A stretch of DNA of 64,000 bases from NCBI GenBank assembly GCA_030704615.1, contig CM060733.1, positions 59,458,001 to 59,522,000 of the forward strand, written 5' to 3'. The DNA is from Takakia lepidozioides (lineage: Eukaryota > Plantae > Bryophyta). The position numbers were made by a program, and so were the translations under genes. Each line of letters begins with the position of its first letter. Position 1 is the first letter of the stretch. Shown one piece after another: positions 34,680-47,779 of this stretch. The notes under the pieces were generated by a model. That model was not told the origin of the DNA, searched no databases, and was given only the letters and a program-made list of their open reading frames with translations.

Positions 34680-35390
34680 TGAGGCCTCGACATGGGAGAT
34701 TGCAAAAATAGCAAAGTGGGCAATGACATAGAGATCTCCCAAACTGTAGGTCTTTGGATACATTGGGGATTGCAGTGGACACTGGAGGTCACACTTGGGC
34801 CCGTACATGGGAGATGCACTTGGATACATGAATAGAAGATTGCACTTGGGCTTAGATTTCAATTTTTCATACATGGGCCAACGACATAGGCTACACTAGA
34901 GGTCGCACTTGGCCCCAACATAGGAGACGCACCGGGATACATAAGAAATTGCACTTGGTCACAAATGACAGTGGACACTTGGGCATCTACATGGGAGATG
35001 CACTTGGATACATAAAAGATTGCACACTGGGCTTAGATGGGCCTCGACATAGGAGACGCACATGGGAGATGTCATTGGATACATATGAGACACACTTGGA
35101 TACATAGGAGATTGCACTTGGGTTTAAGTGACAATGGACACTTGGGCCTCTACACAGGAGATGCACTTGGATACATAGGAAATTGCACTTGGGCTTAGAT
35201 GGGCCCCCACATAGGAGACGCACTAGGATACATAGGAAATTGCACTTGGTCTTAGATTTCAATTATTCACACATCGGCCAGCGGCACAAGCTACCATAGA
35301 GGTCGACTTGGGCCTCGACATAGGAGACGCATTTGGATACATAGGAGATTGCACATGGGCTTAGATGACCCTAGACACTTGGGCCAAGGG
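34680..35390. repeat. Degenerate minisatellite with motif GGGCCTCGACATAGGAGACGCACTTGGATACATAGGAGATTGCACTTGGGCTTAGAT, probably inside a non-autonomous element
   Basis: About 8 imperfect units with recurring CACTTGG/ACATAGGAGA submotifs. Confidence 0.8.
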
Positions 35391-35808
35391 CACATGCTAC
35401 CCTAGTATTGGTCAACAGGGAGAACCTTGGTTAACTTTATTCTGAAATATTTTGGTGGGCATTTACAATATGATATTTTCCAGATTTAAAAAAAAACTCT
35501 GAGGCTGGCTAGCACCTGTTTGAATTTGTCTTTCAAAAGTATTTAAAAAGTGCCAAGTTGAACAGTATGTCCTTCAATGTCCGGTCTGACCTAGGTCAGT
35601 CTCAACAGGGTATCTTCGCAGTATATCCTGCCCTCCAACGCGTCTTACATTACCCATCCAAAAATGTACCACAAATTTCCTGCGCGACGAGCCGATCGTG
35701 CCGATTATGGATGAACAAACTACCTCATATGGAATACAAAACTACCTCATTCGTCGCTTCAACAAACGACCGGTTAATATCGGCGGAACGGTGCGTGCGC
35801 GCGGGGCA

Positions 35809-35827
35809 CGTGCATGCCCAGGATTGG
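35809..35827 (-). promoter_or_regulatory. Exact plant ERSE-I-type motif CCAAT-N10-CACG in a CpG-rich promoter-like region
   Basis: + strand CGTG-CATGCCCAGG-ATTGG. A second ATTGG at ~35853, a G-box at 35874, then a CT-rich leader at ~35950-36020. Confidence 0.45.
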
Positions 35828-38800
35828 TTGCCGCCCCGCAAACCGCCGAGCGATTGGTTGGCTTTCAGGTGAGCACGTGGGAGCAGCAGCACGCGGCAGG
35901 TTGTGGGTGGTGCGACGCGCTTGGAAGCTTCGGCAGCCTTGTCTCGCACGCCTCCCTCTCACAACCAAACCCTCGCACTCCTTCGCGCTCCTCCTCTTTT
36001 CCATTCATTCTCGTCTTTCTCAGATCGCATGCCATGGAAATAGATCGTGTTGCTTTGCTCGAGGTTTGTAGGATTCAGATCTGCGACGGCGCTCTTCCGG
36101 CCGCTTGCGTTGGAGGGCTGCGGTGGCCCTTCTGCTTTCACTGGTGCTCTGGAACGACATCGGGGGTTTGGCGGATGCAGAAGTTTGATGCCGCTCTTCA
36201 CCGTCCTCGGTTACGGAGCGGCCGCTTATGGAGTTGGTTCTGAAGTGTCTTGAGGCTTAGAGACGTTTGCCGACATGGCTGCACTCGCCTCGACCGGACT
36301 GGGGTTTGTGGCTTCCACTCATCTGCGATGCAGCGCGGGTTGTTGGCTGTGACGACAGGCCCCGCTTCTCTCCTACACACGTGTTTGAATCGTGAGAATC
36401 TGTCTATGTGTACATCTTCTGCTTGTTACCCCGGAGTTGTCTGATTATTAGCATGCAGTGGTTGGTACTCGTGTATCTTTGCTTTCTTGATAGCCTAGAT
36501 AGAAATATGGGAAGTGTCTTATGGTGAGGGGTTGGCCGTTCTCGTTGTGTATGTCTGATAGTTAATATTCAAGTATATGTTTTGTTTGTGTTGACTACGA
36601 AGGTAGTTCGCATTTCTTTTTCCATAGTCTGTGTCCGAAGTCTTTTTAGAGTGTGTTATGTCGTCCATCACATCTTCTTTGGTCAACTCGAAGGTTTCCG
36701 ATGCTTCGCAGGTTCCCGTTCCGAGTAAATTTCTGTGTGTGAGCCCCTTCGGTGATTTGACGGTTTTCTTAGATTCCTTTCTTTTTTTGGTGATCTGCAT
36801 CTGTTATACATAATTTACTTCTGATGGATGACTTTGGGTAAGTCACTCTTGCAGGATAAGACTGGTTTTCGAAGGTCGCCTTGCCCTCGTGAGTGTTTCC
36901 GCCGGCGCACACGTCGGTTGTCTTGAATGGATCAGCGTGGAGCTGTGGCCTGGCTGGAAATGGACGATGGTTGATGCGACTGTCTAACCACCATGAGGTT
37001 GGAGGATATTTTGAGTTGTAGTGTTAGTGAGTTTTTCTTGTCATCCGAGTGGTTAAGTTTGCGTCTGGGGTTCAGAGTACTTGACTATTTTTCAAAGAAC
37101 TGAGGCCAAGACATGCAAACCCTGTAATATGCAGCCCATGCCATGGTTTTAAGGTATCAAATACCTGGCTGGCTGTAGGGTATCAGGATCCTGCCCTTAT
37201 GGGTGCGCTTACGGGGCGGATCCATCAGAAAATAAAAGAGGGGTTCATCCCCGTTTTCTGGGGGAGGGGTTTTTCCCTCCCAGGGCTGTTGGTCTGGTGA
37301 GTGAAGGGGTGACTGCGGCATCATGCTCTTAAGGGTCTCGTCACTGAAGCGCTTTTGAGTGGCATTGCATCCGTGCATGATGGCTGATGTTGGACCTCTG
37401 GGTCAGCATGTGATGTCAGAATGTTGATATTCTTGCAACAACGCTAGATGCATGTAAGACGCATAGATGTCACACTCTCGAAAGCCTCTGCAAACAAGTG
37501 CGACACTGCAGTAGTTCCATCGAGGATTGGACACCTCTTGCGCACGCTCTCGGGTACTTGATAACTAATCACAGCAAAAGCATTTTGATCGGAAGGAGGT
37601 CTTTAACGGTTCTCAGAGGTTTCGGATCCTGGACAGTGGCACTGATCACCACCATGTAGTCATCTGTCTAGGCACCCGGAACAAAGGATTTTGTCAGCCT
37701 TCTCAAGAGCAGGTGTTACGTCGACAGCTTGGATTTCTCAAGTCAGCCGACATACATGCAATTGTGTTATCTTACAGTGCTCCATGTCCACTGCATAGTC
37801 ATCGAATCATACATGTCACTGGCTTTCTCACATCAATTCTCGAGAGTTTCGAGTGCATCACTGCATTTGGTAAGTTCGGCTTACGTCATCACCACCTCAG
37901 TTTTGGGAGCTCAAGATCTGAGCCTGTTGTTTCCTGACTGGGTTATCTTTCTTTTGAATGCCTTTGTAGTTTATGGATGGTAACTCATGTCCACATGATT
38001 TGGTTGTGTTTCTCCAACGTCCCTGGTTATGTATTTGTATACTTCTATTGTGACTGTCCCTTCCAAGTTTTCATTTTAAGCAAGCATTAGGAGAATTTGA
38101 ATAAATTCCTAAGTCGTTCATCAAAGTATCTTTTAGTTATTTCATCATGTACGAGATTACTTGAGTGTGCAGTTGGGTATTAGAGGAGTTTTGCACACAT
38201 TAGAATGCCCTTTTCTGCAATAAGGAAACAGAACGAGTGAAGCTAAAGTTGTACTTCACGAGCACCAATCCCTTTGTTACCAAGTTTCTGTGGTGGTAGT
38301 TGCTTGTTGTAGGGACTCCGCACATCCCTTGTGTAGGTTGGCAGTATCTTGGTGGTAGTTCGTCTCTTCTTGGTTGTACAAGTTGGACTCCTATAGTATT
38401 CTAAGATTCACATCTTTGATCTAGGTTTTTCCTTCTAAATATTGGAAGTTTCAGAAGGTTTTGAAGCTCATGAAGATATTTCAATACTTTGACATGGTAG
38501 TGAAATTCTTATAGTACTTTGTCTAGGACAAAATTTAACACGGTTGGTCTGTTTGGTATAAAAAGTAAAATGAGAGAGTTGGAAGGACAGAAGATTAGGG
38601 TCCCTGGGGCAGATGATCTGTGCAACCCTTTGCGAGGAGATATGTTTCAAGTGTTGAAGTGCTGGTTGCAACCAACATCGAATGGTATGTGATATGTTTG
38701 AGATTGATTTGAACTCAAGCATCTCCTGACAAGTTGCAACTTGCATCGTCCTCGAAGAAAAGCTGCGCTAGTTTCGACTCTGCTGATGAAGATGTGTGAC

Positions 38801-40355
38801 TCCTATACGTACACGACTGCGGGTATGACTGGTCTCTGAAGGCCCTGGATCACTGATGTTTATGTTCAATCATATCTGGAGTTCTTGCTGTTTTTTAAAC
38901 TGTTAAAGCTACCTCCCACTGTCACTCGTCGATGCATCCTGCAACCCTCCAATCTCCAAAATATCGTATTTGATTGTTTTCTGGTTGAAATTTTCTACTC
39001 AATTAATGTTGTAGTTTATTTGTAGTTCATTTGAAGAAAACTCTGAGCGAAAATCTCCAATCTGGAAAAATCACCTGTTTTCCTCTTTTTATCCAGCATC
39101 ACCTGTCTTGTGTTATGTGGAGTAGAAGCTTAAAATTTAATGTTAGTAGAATTTTGTAGGAAATCACTTAAAGGTCACAACATACTTCAGGCCGCTTACG
39201 CGAATAACATCTGTCTTTGAATCATTTGTTCGAACCTATACTGATTCTTGTTCGATATATTTTCCATCATTTTCTAGTTGTCAAATCTGTAGTCGGTTTT
39301 GCATCACATATTCTCGCTTTTCAGCACACGGATGAGTCTGAATGAGATTGTAACGTTGGTATTGTTCTCGTTCATTGTACATGTCTCAGGTATGTTGTTC
39401 TGTCGGAGAGAAGGTTTGTGTCGTGAGACCAGGATGGCAGCAGGCGAACTGATCTATATCTCCCGAGATCCGAGATTTTAGTGATGTAGCGTCGAATTTT
39501 GGTGACAGTACACGCAAACGTGCATGCATTTCTACTGGAATCTGCGAAGTTTATGTACCTTGGTTTTGTCAATATATGTGATGACAGCCCCTTTCGATAT
39601 TCTGTCATTCACTTGCTAAAACTCGTTGCCATGTCGACATAATGGTTGGTTCAAGTTTTCTGTGTCTCTAAGCTCACCAAAACCCGTAGTTACTGTTGTC
39701 TTGTCGATGAAGTACGTGGATGAATTAAACAGCTTATTAACACGTCTAAATGTGGACGTGTTGTACATCATTTAACAGTCTCCTTCACTGCAACTAGACC
39801 TATATGGGGGTTGAAGTCCCCTCAAGTGTTCTGTGGAAGGGAATGTATTGTGAGTATAGGGAAAGAACATTCGTCAGGAATTAAACAGTTGGATGGAAAT
39901 GAGACTGTTGAGACTATATTTTGTTTTGCAGAGATGTTTTTCTCTAAAAGCTTCTCATGAAGACTTCCAGACGCTCCTTCAGTGGAGGATAGTCACCATG
40001 TGGCCAATTCAAATGTGCCACTTCTCTAATTCTAAGTTTTCCAAGCTGAATTTGACTCTTCAGGCCCAATTAACTTCCGAACCTTTTGTGCAGAAAGTTT
40101 CCCTTTGACTTTATGAGCCAATTATGCTCTCTTCTTACAGTCTGTGCCAGACTAGATCTGTACAAAAGAACACAAGTTACATGAAAGACCTGAATAGGCA
40201 CAGTGGCAAGATTTAAGATGGCACTCCATATCCAAATCTGGATGCTTATCTACACTCGCCATAAACGATGTACATCAGTTGCGGCACTTCAGGAAAACTT
40301 TGGGCTTGCCTCAACTCGAGCTGCCGCCTAAAAACTGGCATGGCACTTTAGAGTC

Positions 40356-42767
40356 TCACAGCAAAGTTTTCCATGCATCCCCGTCCTTTCTCATTTGTTG
40401 AATTGAAACCTGCCTTTGTTGGATCTGCTGCTCTCGCACACTTGCGCGTTGGCTGTCCTTCCGTAGCTGATTAACCAGGCTCACCTCACCAGACTTGGCA
40501 GCAGCAAAGATGAGAATCCGATATGCAATCTTATCTGGGGTGCACCCACTTTTTTTCATCTCTGTAAACACCTGAAGCGCATCATCCAGTCGATCTGCTC
40601 TGGAAAAACCATGAAGGCGAACTGTGAAAGAGAACTTGTCAGGCTTGATGCCATTGTCTTTCATCTCCTGGAAAAGCAGTGTTGCCCTGTCACACTCACC
40701 AGTCTTCCCAAGGCTATCCATTAGCCGATTGTACGTGACGACATCTGGTTGAAAGCCCCTGTCTTTCATCTCCTGGAACACTTGGAATGCTTGAACTATG
40801 TGCCCATGCCTACCAAAGGCATCAATCAGGGTGTTGAATGTAATTTTTTCTGGTGGAGGACCTGTCTCTAACATTTCTTTATAAATCTGGTAGGCTTGGT
40901 CTGCATTGCCTGCTTTGCCAAAGCTGTCAATGAGGGTGTTGAAGGTGATCGAATCAGGATTGCAGCCTGCTTCCTTCATGTGCTTCAACGTTCTGTGGGC
41001 TGCTTCTGGCTTTCCAGCCTTGCCCAATGTTTCAATCAAAATGTTGTAAGAGATAACATCTGGATGGAAACCTTTGTCTCCCAAATCTTTAAAGAGCTGA
41101 CAAGCCCGATCCACGTCACCCGCCTTTCCCAAGCTATGGAGGAGGTTGTTGCATACAAATAAATCCAAAGCGGCATCATGGTTGGTCATTTCGAGGAAGA
41201 GGTTGCATGCTTCCTCCACTCTGCCAGCCTTACCAAGCCCATCAATAAGAATGGCATATGAGAAGGCATCTGGAGGACAACCCTCTTCTCTCATTTTGTG
41301 AAACAGCTTCTGAGCTTCATCAATTCGCCCAGCTTTGGCCAGACAATCCACGAGGCTGTTATAGGTGATCACTTGTGGAGAGAACCCTTTCTCAACCATA
41401 TCTTGGTGAAGATGAAGGGCTGTCTCAACAAAGCCAGCTTTGCCTAAGCCATCAATCAGAATGTTGTACGTAGGAACATTTGGGTTCACCCCTTTGTCTT
41501 TCATCTCTTTGAAGTACTTGTAGGCCTCCTGCACTTTTCCTGCCCTGGCAAGCGTGTTCACTAAGAAGCCGTAGGTATAACCATTAGGTTTGAGGCCTCT
41601 GTGCCGCATTTCCTGAAAAAGGAGACAAACCATTTCTACATTTTTGGCGCTTCCATACGAGCGCATCAGAATGTTGTACGCAAGGGAGTCTGGCTTGCAC
41701 CCTGCTTCCCGCATCTTGCGATAAACTGTGCTTGCTTTGTCATGATTCCCGCTTCTTGAAAGCAGATCAACTAGGCGTGAGTAAGCATGCACAGTGGGGA
41801 CACACCCATAGGATTCCACCTTGTTGAAGAGTTCAAAGGCATCCAACAACCTGTTGGCTCGACCAAAACTCCCAATGAGTGTCGCAAATGTAATGGCCTT
41901 CAATGCAAATCCACCCCGGCACATCTCATCCAACAATGACCCAACAGCAATCAGGTTGTCAGTTGTCGCTGCCCGTCCCAACATCACATTGTAGGTTGCA
42001 TCTGTATGTTTGTAGTTCTTCTGTGATTTAACCCATTCAAAAAACTTCAAGCCACTTTCAACGGCCTCTTCCCCTCGCAGACGCGACAGCACTGCTCCAA
42101 CCAATCTGGGCTGCAGTTCTATTCCCAAATTGGCGATTGCCTCTCCGGCACTGGGTGTCCATGGAGACTGTATGATTATGTTGAGCACTCTTGTGTCCAT
42201 TTGAACATCCACCCCAGATTGCTTCCCTTCCCCCACCCCCTCTTCATTTTTTACAGGGGTATCAGATTTTGGCTGCCCTCCTTTCTGGTTGACATCCCTT
42301 GGTGTGTGTGATGCTTCTTCTGATTCCTCAACCTGCTGCAAAGTGGAAGCACACCGTCTGAGAGGCACTAGCCTGTGGACTGAACACACTGAAGATCCGA
42401 TTCTTCCATTGTGAGAGGATTTCATACAGGAGCTTGGGTAGAGGGCTTCCTTTAAAATGCCAGGGACCGGGTGAAACGTTCCCATGTGCGCGGTCCTATG
42501 ATCGGCACTTTGTCTGAATAGTCCTGCAGTGGTAGATGGCAAGCCATTCGTGGCACACGTTTTTGCTGCTGTGTGCTGTGATTCCGAAATAGTGTACCGA
42601 CTGCAGGGCACATCTGCACTCGGAAGAGAGTAATTTTCGAAAGGTTGCAATGCACAATCACACCCAGCTCCCCACAATTGCTTGTTCCAAAGGCTCCGCA
42701 CACTTTCTGAAAGGTCAATCCTCAGAAGGCCGCCCTGCAGCTGGCGCCTCGTCCAGTCCTTAGCCAT
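40356..42767 (-). CDS. P-class pentatricopeptide repeat protein (15 PPR motifs), single exon, probably organelle-targeted
   Basis: 803-aa ORF with tandem 35-aa motifs (TYNILIDGLGKAG, PDVVTYN) and the typical KFFEWVKSQKNYKH pre-repeat segment. The true start codon is uncertain. Confidence 0.95.
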   Translation of the reverse strand: MAKDWTRRQLQGGLLRIDLSESVRSLWNKQLWGAGCDCALQPFENYSLPSADVPCSRYTISESQHTAAKTCATNGLPSTTAGLFRQSADHRTAHMGTFHPVPGILKEALYPSSCMKSSHNGRIGSSVCSVHRLVPLRRCASTLQQVEESEEASHTPRDVNQKGGQPKSDTPVKNEEGVGEGKQSGVDVQMDTRVLNIIIQSPWTPSAGEAIANLGIELQPRLVGAVLSRLRGEEAVESGLKFFEWVKSQKNYKHTDATYNVMLGRAATTDNLIAVGSLLDEMCRGGFALKAITFATLIGSFGRANRLLDAFELFNKVESYGCVPTVHAYSRLVDLLSRSGNHDKASTVYRKMREAGCKPDSLAYNILMRSYGSAKNVEMVCLLFQEMRHRGLKPNGYTYGFLVNTLARAGKVQEAYKYFKEMKDKGVNPNVPTYNILIDGLGKAGFVETALHLHQDMVEKGFSPQVITYNSLVDCLAKAGRIDEAQKLFHKMREEGCPPDAFSYAILIDGLGKAGRVEEACNLFLEMTNHDAALDLFVCNNLLHSLGKAGDVDRACQLFKDLGDKGFHPDVISYNILIETLGKAGKPEAAHRTLKHMKEAGCNPDSITFNTLIDSFGKAGNADQAYQIYKEMLETGPPPEKITFNTLIDAFGRHGHIVQAFQVFQEMKDRGFQPDVVTYNRLMDSLGKTGECDRATLLFQEMKDNGIKPDKFSFTVRLHGFSRADRLDDALQVFTEMKKSGCTPDKIAYRILIFAAAKSGEVSLVNQLRKDSQRASVREQQIQQRQVSIQQMRKDGDAWKTLL

Positions 42768-43759
42768 GCCTACCGCTTAGCACATGAGTGCTTATGCCAA
42801 CCGACACTGAGTAGTACCATTATCAAGCTATCTCTGAACACAGAACAGTGCCGCTCTTGTTGGATTACAAAGCCTCAGATGTAATCTACCTTTGGCGCTG
42901 ATACATGTGTTTCATGGACTCCTCAAGAAAGTCGTACTGCACAATAATACTGCCAAAGTGTGCTAAGCACCACCAAACACACAATTACAGATAATTACAC
43001 ATAAATTCCCTCGACTAATTGAATCACATCAAGAGATTTTCTATGCTAGGCCTGAAAGAAGGGAGCCTCTTTGACCTCTCTATCTATAAGAGGATGTGTA
43101 ATGTGCGTGAGTTGGGGAAAGACAGAGAGACAGCGATGGCCTAAAACTTTGGTTGCAAGAGCCTGCAACCACCGTGGAGGGAGAGGGAGAGAGAGTGTGT
43201 ATGTGTGTGTGTGTTGGGGGGGTGTAGGATGAAAATGCCAGTTAGCGCTTACCAACCAAGTTCTCAAGAACCTACCTCAACGAATGGAATGGTCACATCA
43301 TCAAGCCCAACCCACTCAAGAAGAGTTGGCATTCATCGTAGTGACAGCCTAACACCTCTCTCCGACATGGATTGCACCGAGTCCAAGAATCCGACATTTT
43401 GCTTTGCGCATTCCGCACTTCTACTACCGCTCCACAGTGCACACCATAACCCCTGTCTGCGAGACAACCCAATTCAATTTGAAGAGCATTCTCAGAGTGT
43501 GCCTGAGATCATAGCAAGCAGCGATGAGGAGACTCCTTCTCAGGAATCTCGCAGGGATGCTGCAAATTTGATGGTAAGCCCTAAACCCACGAGGCCAGCC
43601 ACAACGCCGACGGAGATCACTTTATCGTCCATATCCCGACCGTCGTTCATGTAGGATGTTCCCTGTGAGGTGGCATGTGTCCATGCATTCCCATCAACTT
43701 TGTAGTTCCCTATGAGATGTCCGTTTCGACCTGACCCACTTATACCACGTGTATAGTCA

Positions 43760-43905
43760 TTGTTTTTGCCCATAATACGGGTATTGCACCAGTATTTCCT
43801 TTGTCAATACCAGCGTGTGTAGGGTATTGACGTAGGTATTGGAATTGCCAATACCAGCCGTGGTCGGTTATTTAATACCAGGCCCTATATACCAGTCCAA
43901 TACTG
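43760..43905. mobile_element. Dispersed MITE-like repeat (ATACCAGCCG family)
   Basis: Reverse-complement similarity to 57980-58140; related pieces at 58555-58770, ~60140 and ~60820. Confidence 0.6.
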
Positions 43906-43933
43906 GTCCTTTCTGCCGGCCGGTACTAATACA

Positions 43934-43977
43934 CGTGGCATACTCTGATTAGCTTACGTACGTGGACTCCTCATTGG
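43934..43977 (-). promoter_or_regulatory. Two ERSE-like motifs upstream of TIN1
   Basis: CGTG-N10-ATTAG at 43934-43952 (one mismatch) and CGTG-N8-ATTGG at 43961-43977, followed by a GA-rich tract. Confidence 0.4.
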
Positions 43978-44313
43978 CCGTGTACACGCGTGCGAGAGTA
44001 GGTCGGGGAGAGAGAAGGAGAGAGAGAGAGAAGAGAGGGATGGCAGGAACGGCGATGGTGCTGTCGAGGGCGACGATAGCGAATTGATCGAAGGATCGAC
44101 GGGAATGAGAGGAGTGAATCGCTCTAACAACGTATATCTGCAGCGTTTGTGGCCCATACCTCGACTGACAGGGCGATCGTGAAAAGGAGTGTGGAATTCG
44201 GGGTTTGAGAGTCAATTCGTTGGCTTTACATTAGTTTTGTCCGTGCGCGACATGAATGTGAGGAGGAAGTTCGCCTAGCCGAGTGATTTTATTCTTAAAA
44301 GAGTGATTTTGAC

Positions 44314-46139
44314 ATGGATTCGAAGAAAATTTCCGGAGCTATGCTGTTGGGAGTGCTTTTGTGCGTTTTTTTAATCTCCAGCGAAGCAACTTCCCTGTTG
44401 AAATTGGATCAGACCCCTCCAGCTGCTTTTGACGCTGTCTCGGTACGTTCAATTCCCTTCCATCGTACATTACCAGGATGGATTGTTGTTACAAAGCTGC
44501 TGCTTTACCTGTACGTATGTTGGTAGGTTGATTGATTTGTTGGAATTTGTGTCTTAGTTTTCCCGCATTGTCGGCCTGAGTGCAGGGCACCGTGGATGGG
44601 ATCATACATCGGATGGGATGGAGCAAGGGTGATGTCAAGCTGTCCAATATCGATACAAGGGATGCGAAGTTAGGGCAGACACTTATCTATGAATTCGACA
44701 TCCAAGTTGGAGATGAAGTTCTACCACTTAGGCTCTCAGAGGAGATCACTGCTTGGCAATATTTGCAGGAGCTTCCAGAGAATGAAGACGAGCTGGGGGA
44801 GAATGAAGGCGGGAAAGACGCAGCAGTGAATGTCTGGCGACCGGAAGCTTTCTCTCCAGTCTTGGCCCCGTTCCAATTGGCTGGACCTGTGGACCTGTGG
44901 ATGCAAGATGCAGAGGAGCTTCGGCTCTCCATGCCTGTAAGAGTTGATCTTTTCCCCTCTTGTATGTTGGTCTCCATCCTGCTGCTGTCAGCATGAAGGC
45001 TTGGGATAATCATGGGTTTGGAGGAAAGTGACTTCAGATTTGAATGCGTCTATTTATCTGATGCAAGTGCTTTCTACGAAAGTACAAGGAAACTGTTCTG
45101 AAAGGAATTTACATGGGGATTTCCATTATCTTTCTTGTTCATAGGCCACTCTGTCTAATTTGCATTGCTTCTTACCATTTCCAGTTTATCATCAAAGACC
45201 AGCAGTAGTGATCTGCTTTGTGTTTGCTTGTGTGCTCTACTCCTCTGTGGACAGAGTTGGCACTGTTGGACATTGTTGTTTGACTACTTGCATCTGGTGT
45301 GGCAGCATGACGTCGATGCAGGGGTTTTAAAGAGAGTGTTACTGGCAGATGGCGCCGTGGTCACTGTCGAGGGAGCTCGCGAAGTAAGTCTGACACGACC
45401 TTTGCAACTGCCGCTACCACTCACACGGGCTCCCCAGGGAAGTGGCCTGGCTGCTAGTTTGGCAGCTCTTGCATCTCGCTTGCGGTTCACATCTCGTTCA
45501 CAGAAAAAACCCTTGCTCTCTCTGCGTATTGTTGGTCCTAGTTCATTGACTGCAGCAGCACCGACTGAGTCAGCGGGAGGGAGGCTGAAGGTGAATAGGC
45601 TTGGTTCGGGGGCGGTGGAGTTGGTGTCAAGGACACAGGAACTGGCTGTGGCTGAACCATTCGGACAGCCTGATGCAGCTTTTCTGAGCCTAAGTGATTA
45701 TTGGATGTGGCCTCTTCCATCTCTGAACATGTCCAATTCAAAGCTGCTGGGATTAGAGCATGCGCTGATCAGATATCTGGGGCAAAAAGCATACAAGAAG
45801 GGCTCATTTCAACTCTTGAAGGCAAAAGTGGCAGCTGCAAGTTTTGTTCAAATCCAATTTGAGTTGGAGAAGAAGCTGACTGATGAGATGTTCAAGTCAG
45901 AGGAGTGGCCGGAGTGGGCAACCAGGCCATCTGTAGAGAGGCTGCAGTTTGAACTTCTGGCAAAGGTGGATGGGGACAAGTTGCTACCCATAAGTGCTCG
46001 ACAGATTGAGCCGACCTTACCCACTGTCGCATTTTCTGTGGCTGATTTGAATGGGAATGTGACAGCCAACACTCCCACTGTCTTACCGCCTGTGGGGGCA
46101 ATGACACTTGACTTCAATTGGGAGGGAATTCTGGATTAG
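44314..46139 (+). CDS. TIN1: TUNICAMYCIN INDUCED 1-like secretory/ER protein, 3 exons, 437 aa
   Basis: Exons 44314-44442, 44586-44936, 45306-46139 join in frame. N-terminal signal peptide. Conserved PFQLAGPVDLWMQDAEELRLSMP-HDVDAGVLKRVLLADGAVVTVEGAREVSL. Confidence 0.88.
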
Positions 46140-47779
46140 GGACCTACTGGATAGAAAATCTCATACTTCTGCGGTACCTCTCACCAAAGGTGATTTACCA
46201 CAGCCCCATATTTGTACATTTATATGGATTAATTTTATTTCATGGAACTGATTTCGAATAATACCTCTCCCTTAGTGGCTTGCCAGACTAGACAAGGAAT
46301 TTCAGGTGTGCAGTGGCCTGTTGTTTGATATTGAGTTGGTGCTATACTACTTTGTGGGGGGTAATAAAAACAGCGCCAGTGCTTGATAGAGCTAAGATTG
46401 CTGTTTTAGAAGGAACGAAAAATCTGCTGATTATTTCCCTTTGTTATTTTGACGGCATTAATCTGCACAATGACCTCTGCTGCTCTTCTAGATCACTTTG
46501 CCACCCACTGACGTTGGCTACTTTTGGGAGCAATTGGTTGCAAGTTAATGAAGTGGGCAAGAGAGGCAAACTTCGGCAAATGAAAATGACGGAGAGCTTC
46601 CAGGGCAGTGTAAAGGACTTGCCCTCGAGCAGGTCCTCAAATCCTGGAAACTCCTCCAGGCTTACACTGTATGGATACCAAGTCCAGCAATGCTCTGCTG
46701 CCCTTGAAGAACAAACAGATCACCGCCAACTTACATGACCACTGACCCAAAAGAACACTAACATTCTACGTCTTGCATTAGTTACACCTTGGTAGCATGC
46801 TGAGAGCGTTCTTGCTGTGAAACTAGAGGTCTTCAGCAAGATCAGGAGAGTGTGTGCAGTGAAAGGAGAAGCTGCACTGCAAAGACAGCAATACAGTGCA
46901 GCGACTGGCTGCTGTTGCCAAGACCATCCAGTTCAGCTGTCACCTCCACGGTCTTGCTACCCTTCAAGACATCCAAGCACAACTGGTATCAGAGAAATTC
47001 AGCCTTTCTCCTCAAAGAGGTTGGAGAAGTAAATTGAACAGACGGCTGAGCTCAGCACGGATTGTTGGAGAAGTTCATGACTTACACAACCCCTCTTCAG
47101 TTCTGTTGAGAGCTCTAAGGCAAAACTGATAGGGATTGAAAACGACCTCCGGGCCATCCTCCTCCAGGGGACCCTAGCATACTATCACTGTGATGGTACT
47201 AAGAGCATCTCCACAGGGAGTACAGCAAATAACACTGCAATGGTAAATTCCCGCTGCCTCCAACACTCCCCTCCCGGTACTCTTTCATGGAACCTATAGA
47301 GTACCAATGAGCTCTGCCCCTTCCTCGATGGCTTTTCCAATTTCGCAAAAACTCTTTCATTCCCCCAAGTTTCCCCCAAGTTTCCTAGTAGTCCATAGCA
47401 TGTAGAGTATTACTGCCCACATACAGTGCCCTGCCTGTTTGCTCAGACGGAATTAATCGTTGTGCATTTCCAAGCAGGTTTGAGAAAGGAAAACGTACTT
47501 GCCATGAAGTTAGGCTATGACTCGGTTCCGTCTCATACGAGAGCTGAATTTAGCCCTACGCGTAGGATGAAATACGGAGAGATAGAACTGCGCAGTCTGT
47601 GGACGCTGTCTTGGAGCGGATGATCACTGACCTACTACTTATTGGCTGTCACTTAGTAAATCGGTCTTCCTCTGCTTTATTTGTTCTATACCATCCCTTG
47701 ATCACTCATTGGTTTGTGCTTGCCCATCTTGCTTCTTGTAAAGAGAAGCATCTGCAGGTTCAGCTTCCATATTCGTCCA

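Noticed and set aside
38784-38857. Box C/D snoRNA candidate (TGATGA...CTGA)
   Set aside because: No convincing terminal stem or rRNA-antisense guide identified by eye; needs a snoscan/Rfam search.
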